This document shows positions 12,279-23,694 of a stretch of DNA of 64,000 nt, one piece after another; the first letter of the stretch is position 1, and each line of letters opens with the position of its first letter. The notes beneath the pieces are model-generated. The model was given only the letters and a program-made list of their open reading frames with translations. It was not told where the DNA came from and made no database searches. Origin of the DNA: Lingula anatina. Taxonomy: Eukaryota > Animalia > Brachiopoda. Where the stretch lies: positions 24,804,848-24,868,847 of the forward strand of contig CM120643.1 in NCBI GenBank assembly GCA_051362555.1, written 5' to 3'. The position numbers and the translations under genes are program-made.

Positions 12279-12728
12279 TGTAGTGAACCGTTAATTAGAG
12301 CTGATAACATAAATTTGAATACATGTCATTTACATATTCGTTCAATTATAAATATATCCAGATGGATCTAAGCATGACAGTTTGCATGCGGTGAACTATT
12401 AATAGTATTGAGAGCTAATTTCCATATATGTGATCTACATATTCGTTAATGCAAATTGTATCCACAATTAAATTTTAAGGTCTTAAGGCATGGCATGTCG
12501 CATGTCAGTAATAGAAGTTAATCTAAAATGTAAATTAAGTTCATGTATAAAAGGATAGACTTACAGACTGAGAGGGGAGAGATAGTTATAGATACGGTAG
12601 AAGAGACCTGAGTCTTCAGGCGCTTGAATAAACCATGTAACAGAAAACTATTCCTGCCTGTCTCAGTTGTCTTATTGGTGAAAATGTAACTCTTAGAACA
12701 AGTGTATAACCACCGACTGGTTATTACA
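12279..12728 (+). repeat. 3' LTR
   Basis: Direct repeat of 10125-10575, followed by the ACAT TSD. Confidence 0.93.
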
Positions 12729-13716
12729 ACATGCTATCCAGGTTGCCATGGCATGGTACACATGGGTATCCGCCCAGCTGCTGAACGTCAGCGTGAACCC
12801 CGCCTGGGTGACCTTGGAAACGAGGGCTTGAAGTCGGAGATTTCTGTCGGATCTGAAGAAAAAAAGGGAGAAAGTGTAATTAAGAAAGAACCAATATTCT
12901 AAATTCATCCCGTATGCGTTCTTTGTTAAATTGAAATAAGCTGTATGGAAGGCAAAGTTATGAGAAAGGCGGGGAAGTTGAGGGCGAAAGTTTTATTGGA
13001 TTTGAACTTGCTTGGAAGTATTTTATCAACACGATAAATTAATTTAACACTGTAAATTAATAACAGTGGTTTACGCTGATATATAACGTATAAGTAGTTG
13101 ATTTCCATCAAGAGATAACTTACCTTGCATCTATACCGGCTAGTGATGCGAAGATCGTGGGCGTGAAGTCAAACCGGATGGGGAACATCACCTCGTGGAC
13201 CCAGTTACACGGAGTCCCATTGTGCTGGCAGTAGGCACTTGCAACCTGACCTAGCTGACCTGGACATTGAGCGATAATATACCAGTCAAAAGAATAAATG
13301 AAATGGGACAGACTCTGCATAATTCCTACACATGTGGATCGTGAAGTTAGTTGATGTCACGCAAAGTTTTGAGTTAGACAATATTTATAAAATTAAGTGT
13401 AATTACCAAAGAAAAGTCCCCTTCCACGAGATGTGTTCGAGATAAAGTGTACATGTACTGTAATTCTAGTTAGAAGTTGAGTACTGTATTTACCAGTGCG
13501 AAGAAAAGCGCATGGTTTATCTGTACACATTTGTTTTATGCGCTCTGAAAATTTAAGGCGAAAACGAAATAGTCTATGTAAGAAGCAATAGAGCTAGAAA
13601 ATAAGATGAGAGAAGGAGATGGGTTTGAGATCTAGAAAAATGGACTTACACTTAGCTGTGACGTACGGAGCACAACCCAATAGAAGACACACAATTATGG
13701 ATGACAGACTCTTCAT
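12693..13716 (-). CDS. Secreted H-type lectin (HPA/discoidin C-terminal-like domain), 3 exons; current C-terminus derived from LTR sequence
   Basis: Exons 13716-13650, 13259-13124 and 12852-12693 have GT-AG sites and matching phases. Protein: MKSLSSIIVCLLLGCAPYVTA (signal peptide) KCQLGQVASAYCQHNGTPCNWVHEVMFPIRFDFTPTIFASLAGIDARSDRNLRLQALVSKVTQAGFTLTFSSWADTHVYHAMATWIAC + CNNQSVVIHLF*. The pattern F-x3-F-x2-3-P...SLxGxD...NxR...GFTL...WxDT...WIA is typical of H-type lectins. Confidence 0.88.
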
Positions 13717-14061
13717 CTTGGACTTCCAACGTCTTGGCTTAGAACAGCACGGTGGGAAACGTCAAACACTATTTATGCAAAACACAAATTTACACAACTT
13801 TGGAGTCATGTGTGACAAACATTGATACCACCGAGCATAAAACGAGATTTGAAATGACAAACCTTTTAACTGAAGAATATAGTTTTCTGCGTTAATGTCA
13901 TTATCCAGTTGTTGTAGTCGTTAGAAAAATCAACCCTTTCAACGTGAAATGGTCACAGACAAATCATACAGCGCGGTCTACAAGCTGCGAGCAGCGGCAC
14001 GTTTTCCAAACAAAAACAGTTACACTGACCACTTAATTTGGACACAGCGTGCCTGGACTTA

Positions 14062-14700
14062 AAGCCATCACCTGCCTAGAGCCATCGCCTGCGTACATGT
14101 ATGTGTCGTCGTCGCCCCCGTCGTCGCCGCTGCGCAGTATTCGCTGTGGACCCCATATAAATGGAAAACAGTTCGACTTAGTTCCTATTATTTTTAACTC
14201 ACTTGAGTGATTTTTGGTACTAAAGACAAGTCAAATTCGAATAATAGCTTTATTGGACCATTTTTCTAGAAGTTATGCAGTTTAAAGTGTATTTGTTATT
14301 TATCACACTTTGGCATTTTCCAGGCGTGACCTGAACTCCCAGGGACTAGAGGGACTGTATAAGTTTCATTTTCTGAATGTCCATATTAGCAGTGGTAAAT
14401 TATCAGAAGTGGAGGTGATTATAGTGCTAAACATTGCATAATCATTGACTTCGTCTTAGATCAATATTGCATCGAAATTGACAAATCATAAAAAACGTTC
14501 CAATGTGTAAAAGCAGGCTCGCTTTCCAATAGTTTTTTAGGTTATGCAGGCTTTACGATGCATGACTTGTGTAAAAATCCATAGAACTGAAGCCTTATGC
14601 TAGTTAGGGCCTACATTTTCTGATCTCCATGTAACCTGCAGTACTTAGTAAAATTGGCGATGATTATGCTGTTAGGTATTCAGTACTATTCCATCACAAT
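14062..14700 (+). mobile_element. Degraded relative of the 8040-9392 Helentron-type element
   Basis: Shares gccatcacctgc plus a GTC/GCC repeat, caagtcaaattcga...ccatttttctagaagttatgc, and ttggcattttc..g.gtgac...cattttctgaat.tccata with the 8 kb element. The ends are uncertain. Confidence 0.6.
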
Positions 14701-16269
14701 TGACAGGAAACCCACCATTTCGTGACCCACCTTAATTTTACTCACCGCAAAATGACTTAATTGGACAACAGCTACTACAATCAGGTAAATGTTGCAGCAG
14801 CGACAGGAACCACTACTACTACAACGGTTGAAAATTACTTATTCAAGGCATCGGCGTCAGCTGAGACCTGAAACTGTCATATGTGTCACATTACTAGAAT
14901 GACAAGCACGTTATTATACCTATATAAACCACAACATGCAGACAAGAAGTTTAGTAGGTTGTATCATATTTCTGCAGTGGAATTATTTTCAACTTGTTGC
15001 TGATCAGAATTCATACGTTAAGATCAACCGTTACAATGAGATAGATATCTAGATATGATGTCGACAATTAAAGGCAGACCAAACAAACAATAAATGCTCA
15101 TAATATATATAGGCAATAGTGCCGAGACAAGTAGAGAAAACGACTAAAGGACACTTGCCGCCTGCATGCAAACCTTGAAATCTATATAGATCTATCTATC
15201 TGGCTTCAAAATGTTGAAATAACACTTGATGACTGTGTTGAGCAGCCAACACTGATATACCACGTCCCGTAGGTGCCATCGCGTATTTACTTTTCTCAGT
15301 TTCAAGTTTGCCAAATGTAACAAAAAACGTGCGATGTTCTCCTTGTTTACAATCTATTTTATTGATCTTGATTCAATTACAGGCGTCTTAAGTGGATAAG
15401 TGGAATTCTTTTGTCTTTTTGCCTTAATGACCTCATCTTCATTTCGTTTTATTTTCTATCAAAAATGGGTTTACGGATCATGATTTTGTAAATGATTTTC
15501 GATATTGCATACCTAGGTGACAACGTGTTGAATTTTCCAGGAAAGAAAGGTCAAACTCTCATCGTGTGGTTTTACGTTTTGCAAGATAGATTTATCATAG
15601 AATATGAAGACACCCTGAATTTGAAAAATAACCCTTGTTATCAGCGCACCACCAACAGTCACCGCCATTTCACTGAAACGCAGGGTAGGCCTACTGCAGG
15701 TTGTTAACCGATGGAATCCACTAATCTAGTATTTATGTGTACCTTTTAATTATTTCATTATCTCTTTGCCGCTCCCCTTTTTGGTCTGTGCTTGGAAGGT
15801 TACAAGCCTCAAATCCTATCTGCTGCCAATTTAGTTAATTTCTGCGGAATAGTCCACCTGATCTTTCTGAACTTTCAGCATAAATCTATTGAACTTATAA
15901 CACTCATAAGATATCTCTTTCGCTTCCGTATAGATCCATTCAATGGCTTATCCGATGCCCAAATAGAAAACGACATGGTTCCAATTTTTTAATTTCCTTT
16001 AGGAATTTGGTGCACTGACCGCTGGATAGAGTCAGGTTTCCTGGGGGTTTTTGTAGGATTTCAATTAATATTTGGTGTAGGCAGAGAGAAAAATATGACT
16101 TCTAAAACCCACCGAACTTACACGCCGAGTACATTCTTCTATTTCATTAACCATGTCGAACGTGTTGAATCTCCAATTTATTTCTTTTTTATTTTGTCTT
16201 TTTTTTTCATTTTTTAAGTTGATCTTTCATCTTTTCCACCTTTGTTGATAATGATAAATATGCTCCCCT

Positions 16270-16412
16270 GCCAAAAATTCATGCATGGGGAGTATTGGCT
16301 ACTGTGGTGTAGGCGAGCTAGCAGTGGTGAAGGAGAACCTAAACACAGACCATTGTATCCAATCACTGGAAAGGAAACTTACGGAATTCTGTCGAAAATA
16401 TCTTTGGGGGAC
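16270..16412 (+). pseudogene. Tc1/mariner DDE transposase fragment (frameshifted)
   Basis: Reads (W)GSIGYCGVGELAVVKENLNTDHCIQSLERKL, then NSVENIFGD in a shifted frame, resembling the Tc1 segment VWGCI..GVG.L....GNMN...YI.ILE..L..S...LFG. Confidence 0.6.
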
Positions 16413-16467
16413 CATTAATGTTACAACTTTCGTTGGTTGTCTATGCTACTTCTCACACTACTGTTTG

Positions 16468-17304
16468 TGAACATAACAAAAAGAAACTATAGATACAGTA
16501 AATAGATGATTAGTCAAACATAATAACAACGTACGTGATCTAAATCCTCCCTACGTGAGAAGATTTAGTAAAATCGTATTATACAAAGTGAAGTTGAAGT
16601 AGGGTGATGGGTACTATTTATGTATAATACATGTGTGTTGTTTTGTGATCCTGACGTCAGGAGCTTATTGTTTTGTGGAGGAAGAACAATATACGATCAC
16701 TCGGGTATTGCCCGCTATTTTGTAATTCGGTCACTATGCATTTGATAGGAAGTTAAAATTGCTTTTTCATCTTTTTTTAAATATTTACTACTGGTGAGAA
16801 AAAAAGTGCTTCTCGTCTACAATTTTTGTCTGACGATATAGAAGCTCTTTCTTTGTGGCTAGGAGAGAGAGAGAGAGAGAGAGTGATTGAACAGAACAAA
16901 AAGTAACTATAGAAACAGTAAATAGATGATTAGTAAAACAACGTACGTGATCTAAATCCTCCCTTCATGAGAAGATTAAGAAAAATCGTATTATACAAAG
17001 TAAAGTTGAAGTAGGGTGATGGACACTATTTATGTATAATACATGTGTGTTGTTTTGTGATCCTGACGTCAGGAGCTTATTGTTTTGTGGAGGAAGAACA
17101 ATTTCCGGTAACTCGGGTATTGCCCGCTATTTTGTAATTCTGTCGCTCTGCATTTGATAAGAAGTTAAGATTGCTTTTTCATCTTTTTTAATATTTGCTA
17201 CTGGCGAGGAAAAAGTGCTTCTCGTCTCCAAGTTTTGTCTGACGATATAGAAGCTACATGAGTTATTTCTTTGTGGCTAGGAGAGAGAGAGAGAGAGTGA
17301 TTGA
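16468..17304. repeat. Head-to-tail ~420-bp tandem duplication, each unit ending in (GA)n
   Basis: 16468-16887 and 16888-17304 align over their full length with scattered substitutions and small indels. Confidence 0.92.
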
Positions 17305-19066
17305 TAGAGGCGGGTCTAAAACGCCAATTTATGGCCTTATTAAAATACACAGCAAACCCTCCAAAAAACATTTATAACAGCGTGTCATAATCGACCTTGC
17401 ACGCCAACTGATATCAAGTAATATATATATGTAAATAACCCTTGTATTTTAATAATAAAAAGCGTTTGATAGAGATTTTCTCTAAAATTATCATCACCAG
17501 AGCTACAACTGAATACGAAGACTCATACTGTGGTATAACATTTGCACAAAGTACATGTATGTTGGTCTCGCCACTTTAAGTGTTTTCAATAGCGGAACGT
17601 CAACATGAAGTACGCCTCTAAAAACATGACATTTTCAGAATTGGTGTCTTACACCTTAATATTACTCACGCTGATACCGACATAATGGTACAGGTATAAC
17701 CCTCCAATGTCTACCTCGACGATTTTACACCAAGTAATATAGTCTGTAATTATCACCTTGTAATAACACCTTTAATAAAAGATGGCATCTGTTTCCGTGG
17801 TAACGGTTAGGTTTTATGTATCCATGGCTTTAGCTGCAGTTGCCAAGGATGAGCACATTTAAGCTCAAGTACATGTAAGTCAAGGCGGATGCAGGGACGA
17901 GGGGAAGGGGGGGCAGAGGGGGGTTGCTCCCTCGTTTCAGCTTCTGAAGTATCTTCTTGTGCTCTCTCCATCTCCCAAAACAGTAAAACAATCCTAACAA
18001 GCAAAAAGAGACAAAAATCAAGCAATTTTTTATTCTTGTGCCGCACACACTATCCTGAAATTGGTCCCGTCTATTTTTCATATTTCAGCATAACAAGACA
18101 GAGTTCTCTATCCCCGCACCCCTCAGCAAAACCACTGTTCCTCAAAAGTAGTACGGTATATGTTATGATAAATAACATTACCAAGGGTGATGTGGATTCT
18201 GCTTCCAAATCATTCAAACACTGTCACGTAATCTGTAAAAGCCATTCAATCCATGTGATACATGTACCTAGTAGACTTTGCAGTTTCCTGAGGTATTATT
18301 TAGAAACCTGTGTATATATCAAACAAAATATGGGGAAAGAAAAACGATACCATATAGGTATCGTAAAATCGGTATAAGCGAATGGCACCACCGAAAACCT
18401 CCCAGTTCCAATATCGACAACATTTGAGAGAATGCTATTTTATTTTTCAGGTAACAGCTTTGGTTAACTTGTGTTATGACTTATGCCCAATGAAGTATAT
18501 TATCCTATATTATTTGATACCTCGTTGAGCAGAACATAGTCTATTAATGGCCGTATGGTGTATACATGTATCTATGTTTTTCTTGGTAATTCAGTCTCAT
18601 TGACAGGAACTGGCAATCTGATGTGATTCTACGCAAACGAATAGTAAAGGTTAAATGTGGTAATAACAGTATGATATTAACACGGTCGGACAACACATAC
18701 ACTGTATATTTTTGAACGGTCTTTAATCTGAATATAGAATTACCAGACGTCGTGGCTATTAGTTGGTGTGGGGGTGAAACTATATCAGACAACAGTTGAA
18801 GGAATAGCTCACTGCATGTGCCTACAATATCTCTTGCCATGTTGCCCCGCATACTGTGACAATGTGCCCCTCGCCTCCGTCAGGGCATGTAAGGACAAGT
18901 TACACCTTAGCAACTTACGGCAAAATTGCTTCGTGTCTTACTAGGTTCCATAATGGTACATGTATCTGCTGCCATTGCAAATGTAGTCAAGTCACCGAAG
19001 ACCCTTTCTAAAGAAAAGTTAACGCTCAAAGCGACGAGCGTTCACTAGAAATTTTGTCGACCTCAC

Positions 19067-19792
19067 TAATGCGCATTTAACCTACCCTCCACCAGGGCGA
19101 GTGATAGATTTTTTAGATATTCACAGATATGTCTCTAGCTAGATAGATGGTCATTTAGGGCTAGGGCGAGTGATAGATTTTTTTAGATATTCACAGATAT
19201 GTCTCTAGCTAGATAGATGGTCATTTAGGGCTCAACTCACCCTGTTGAGGAATCCCATGTGGAAACAATTATCTCTGCGCGCGCGCCAAAAGCTTTGTAC
19301 TTGCTCTGCATGAGCTGAGCTTCACAACGATGTGATAACTCCTCGTTACGCAACCAGTCTAAGGCTTTTTTTATCTGTCACAGAGGAGCAAGTGATTGAA
19401 GTCAGAGTAATTAACTGTCTTGATTGCTGTCACGCAGACTTAGACTGGACCTGCTAAGTGGCAGTGCCTGAGCAGTTATGCAAACAATTATCAGCCATGT
19501 AATCAGCCTTGAGAATCCTCAACAGGGTGAGTTGAACTCTAAATGACCATCTATCTAGCTAGAAACATATCTGTGAATATCTGTAAAAAATCTATCACTT
19601 GCCCTGGTAGAGGGTACACTTAACCCACGTGGACTCTCGCTGTACGCCATCAGATTGACAGACTAGCACGCCTCCTCCTGTTTCCAACGTACTCGCCACT
19701 TTTTTATACTTTACTCAACGCCAGGAGGAGGCGTGTTGGTCTGTCAATTTGGTTGCATTTAACGAGAGTCCACGTGGAGTTAATGCGCATTA
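19067..19792. mobile_element. Palindromic MITE interrupted by a nested element
   Basis: TAATGCGCATTTAACC at the left, joined to 19626 onward, is the reverse complement of CGAGAGTCCACGTGGAGTTAATGCGCATTA at the right. The interior is homologous to the MITE at 47944-48186. Confidence 0.75.
19083..19616. mobile_element. Non-autonomous DNA transposon with ~105-bp TIRs and 9-bp TSD (Mutator-like)
   Basis: Ends TACCCTCCACCAGGGCGAGTGATAGATTTT... and ...AAAATCTATCACTTGCCCTGGTAGAGGGTA; flanks CATTTAACC (19074-19082) and CACTTAACC (19617-19625); ~70-bp tandem duplication within the left TIR. Confidence 0.82.
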
Positions 19793-22700
19793 GCTTGGCT
19801 GACAAAAACCATTGGCAGCGGTGCCTAACTCTTTCAAAATATGTCAGAAATTCCAACAGGACCAATAAGCAACGGTGCCCCCTACTCATGGACACTGAAC
19901 TGATGCCATTGCCACCAATTACCATTTACCCGGGCTCTGTTGTTTGGCCTCTGTTCATTATGTCACTACTGAATTAAACGGAGTTTACCAAACGAACTCA
20001 TGTTCAATCTGCTGAGCATACGACCAAATTATCATTATGAGTTTTCTATCAGATTTCTATCGGCAGCGTTGTTTTTCCGATAGAAATACATGGTATTACG
20101 CAAACGACTGACGTGACAGCTAAAATTGATGATATGCCAATAAAATGAAATAGAGTACGAGTAAGTTCTTTAAATGTTTAGATAACCCGGCCTAGTCAGT
20201 CAAGGGCATAAGCAGAACATGTTGGAGAGCGTTCCTGTCAAATTCCTAAAGCTATAAGCTCCCACAGACTTTTTTACCCACAGACTATTTATATTCCTAT
20301 TAAAGAATGTACCGTCGGTCCCAATTATCTAGCGTAGGGTAGAGGTGATGGGGTAGTGATTATATCTGTGTGCAACTGAGGTGGAATGACGGGGTTATAT
20401 AAGCACAACGAGGAAAAAAGGAATGAGAAAAAATTGACATCCGACCGACCCCGTGACGGAATACAGCATTTGGCTTATGTTTGTCGTTAGAGGTGAAGTA
20501 CGTTTGTCTATTCAGATTTATGATTACAAGTACAAAGAATGCACATTAGTTTGCAGGTGGAAAATGTAAATAATTTTGCTGAAAGGTCTGAAAAGTCACT
20601 GCCCCTCTAGAAAACTTCCTTCTGCTAGCCAAATCGTGGAAAACATTAGTTAATAGTAGTGCTACCTGCTCTGCTGGCTGAGGTTCTCCACGTGGACGAA
20701 GTTAATTTTTCGAGCATGGGTTTAACCTTTAGCAACCTTCTTAAATAAATGTCATGCGTGCTAAACCAAGTTTGTAATAACTATGCGTTACTTGCTTGTG
20801 TTCTGCTAAAAAAGTAAGTTCGACAAGGTGGGCACGCTTTCAAAACAGCCCTTTCAATGTTAACTAGTACTCCAAGTAGCAAATCGCTTGGACATTGAGA
20901 AACTTGCGCAGGTGGTTATAGATGCAGTAGACGCTCAATAAGGACAGAACAAATTTGTTACCCGTCACTTATGATGTACCCTGTGGGCGAAACAATTCCG
21001 TCTGAGTGTAACGAATTTTGAAATGGAATAACGCCTTTGATTTGAATTTGCTACGTTAAATTGGGTTGCTTAAAAAAAGATAACACGCACGCTGGCTTTT
21101 GGTGGCAAGGGATCAGCCGATGATGGTTCTATATTTTATTCAAAACACATTGGAGGAACGAGTTTTGAATGAGAGAGAAATATAAAGATGAACGAAGCTT
21201 GTTGGAGATACTAAATCAAATTGCGTTTTCCTGCCATTAATTTGCCATATCCATCTTAAACAGAAAAGACAAAACGACGTAAATTTGTTAAAAGCCTCCA
21301 GTTTAAGGCAATTCTGAAACGCCGATTTGCCATCTGGTCCCTGTCAGTAGTCATTTGTTGTCTCATTAATGAAGACGTGATTGTCTCAGCACACATACTT
21401 TCACACCCTGAATGTCATTGCATACTGCAGGTGTAGTAAAAAAGGGTACAGCCACCTTGCCCATGTGAGCAAAGGGTTTCAGGAACATAATACATACTGC
21501 CGACGATGCAATTTTGCAAAGTATGAAAATTTGATAAACTTGAATATCAGACTGTCCCTCGAAAGATAAAGTCCAGCTGGGCCCAGCGCACGCCTGATTA
21601 CAGTTCGTTGAATCCCCATACGAATACACATCAGCCATATAAGGTTATCTATGTAAACAAACACTCCGGGATTCAATCAAAACGCGCCAGTCAGAAAGTT
21701 GCTTTTTTCCACTTCTTCAAGCGTATGATGCTTTCACAGGTAGGGAAACAATCTCGCTAACGAGAACGCGGTGTTCAGTTAATGAAAATAGACCTTTAAT
21801 TAAGGGGTTGCAAACTTTTACACATTAACAGATGTACATCATATGTTCTTCATATACCATTTCCTTGATTTAGAAAGCAGGATACGAAAAGATTGCCGGA
21901 GACGGGCTACGCGTCTCGTAACCATTTACGTCCGTTCTATAGCACATTATTCACTGGGATCATTTTTCTTAATCTGGGGTGACCGGTTGGTGCGTTCATT
22001 GATCTCGTGCCGATTCCTGGTGTTTGAGGCATGTTAAGCTCTTCCTCTAAATCACTCTGGCCACCGGCGCTTTGCCTCTCTGAGATGAGATATTATTTTG
22101 TGCACTTGTTTTGGGGTTTTTTTATTAAAGACAGGGCCGTTTATTCACATCTAGACACATTCTTCATTTACTGTGAAGTTCACATTCCATGATTTAAGTA
22201 TGTGACTTTTTGCCAGAGTAGACGTCAGTTGAAGATGTTTGCTGTCAATTTCAAATATTGGAAATTCACGCCTCTCTGTTCCGCTATAAGACTCTTTGCC
22301 TCATGAGAAAGATATACAAGAGAGTTTGTTTTGATGGTACATCATTAAAACATGGTCGTTACAACTCTACGTTACTTACTGATGATGACGGGTATTGGTG
22401 CCTTTTAATTCTTTTTGCAAAATATTTATCTAAATGTACAAAATGTACTTATCTGACTGTTGGAAATAAAGTTATTTTAAAACATATGTATAATACGTTC
22501 AGAGTCGTCCAACGGCCGTTTTCTTATTTCATTTAGTTGCGGACTTGGTTGCAATCCTATATTTAAAAATCGTTACAGCACAATGCCCCTAATTTGCGCT
22601 GCATTGAACGCATTGGTTTGAAATTGTTACACGATGGTAAATCGATTAACTTAATTAACAGTATGTACATTCACGCCGTTGGTTCGTTGGGCTTTAGGCA

Positions 22701-23631
22701 TTTTAAGATTTAAAGGTTATTAGGTAGTCTTTTTTATCTCCAGCACCGCTGCGCCGTTGAGAAATCGGATAAAGGGGAGTAACCATGTGAATCTCCAGAG
22801 TTTCTGTAATATAACCAAAGTAGGAATAAGTGGCATCAAAACAAACCAATTTTTCAGAAGGCAATACGTTGTTCAGCAAAACTTAAAACTACTAAAAAAG
22901 AGTTAAAAGCTTTTACAGACAAAAAAAAAAACAAAAAAAAAACATCATTTTTAATTTTTTGCAATGGAGCCGTTTGATGTGTAGATAAAATATTTGACCT
23001 TAAAGTCGCTGCTGCATTGTCGAATCCCCCATGACCATACCATATACAGGCTTTCTTCGTTTCTTTCCGCTTTACATACAAATTGCCCACTTGATCTCAG
23101 TGTTCTGGTTCTGATGGGACTAGCTAGTTCTTTAATGCTGGTAAGATTATAAGGACAGTCACCTTTTAAATATCAAAAGCCGTGAATAGCATTTGGTAAA
23201 CTATCGTTTTGGGATGCAGGAAGCCAATGTAGGTTACGGGAAACTGGTGCAATATGACCAGACTTTGGCTTTGGGGTTTGGCTGAATTTTGAATGAATAA
23301 TTGAAATTCTTTCCTTTTGATAGTTAGGCATTTCAAACAAATGTCAGTAATCGAATCTAGATGTTATGAAAGGTATGGCTCAGTTTATTGGTTTTCTCAC
23401 AGTTTATAAGGTGAACATTTTTAGATGTCCGTTGGGAATTACATATTATGATTTGAACGTTTGACCTATAAAAAGAAAAGATATCATATAGCACATAGGT
23501 GTGTATTTGACATGTGTTTTCACACATTTATGTTCACGGCTGATGACAACATGAAGGTGTTTGTAACATAAGTATTCCTAGAAGATCTGGAAATTAAAAA
23601 AATCGATGTGAATCTTTTATATCTAATCCTC

Positions 23632-23633
23632 AA

Positions 23634-23692
<59 letters not shown>

Positions 23693-23694
23693 AT
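23632..23694. repeat. (AAAT)n microsatellite
   Basis: Visible perfect tetranucleotide run. Confidence 0.95.

Larger units (their letters stand above)
10125..12728 (+). mobile_element. Complete non-autonomous LTR retroelement (Ty3/Gypsy-like signals), 2604 bp, with a single non-pol ORF
   Basis: Two ~450-bp direct repeats beginning TGTAGTGAACCG and ending GGTTATTACA; 4-bp TSD ACAT (10121-10124 and 12729-12732); PBS 2 nt after the 5' LTR; T-tract plus PPT before the 3' LTR; no RT, RNase H, integrase or protease motifs in the 1.7-kb interior. Confidence 0.93.

Noticed and set aside
10125-12728. Ordinary segmental duplication flanking a host gene
   Set aside because: TG..CA ends, TSD, PBS and PPT identify the repeats as LTRs.
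17881-18140. CAAGGCGGATGCAGG G-rich segment resembling a MITE end, and a 162-aa ORF
   Set aside because: No matching second TIR or TSD was found, and the ORF has no protein-like motifs.
20700-21700. Short ORFs that look like decayed coding sequence
   Set aside because: No recognisable motif or consistent splice pattern; BLASTX would be needed.
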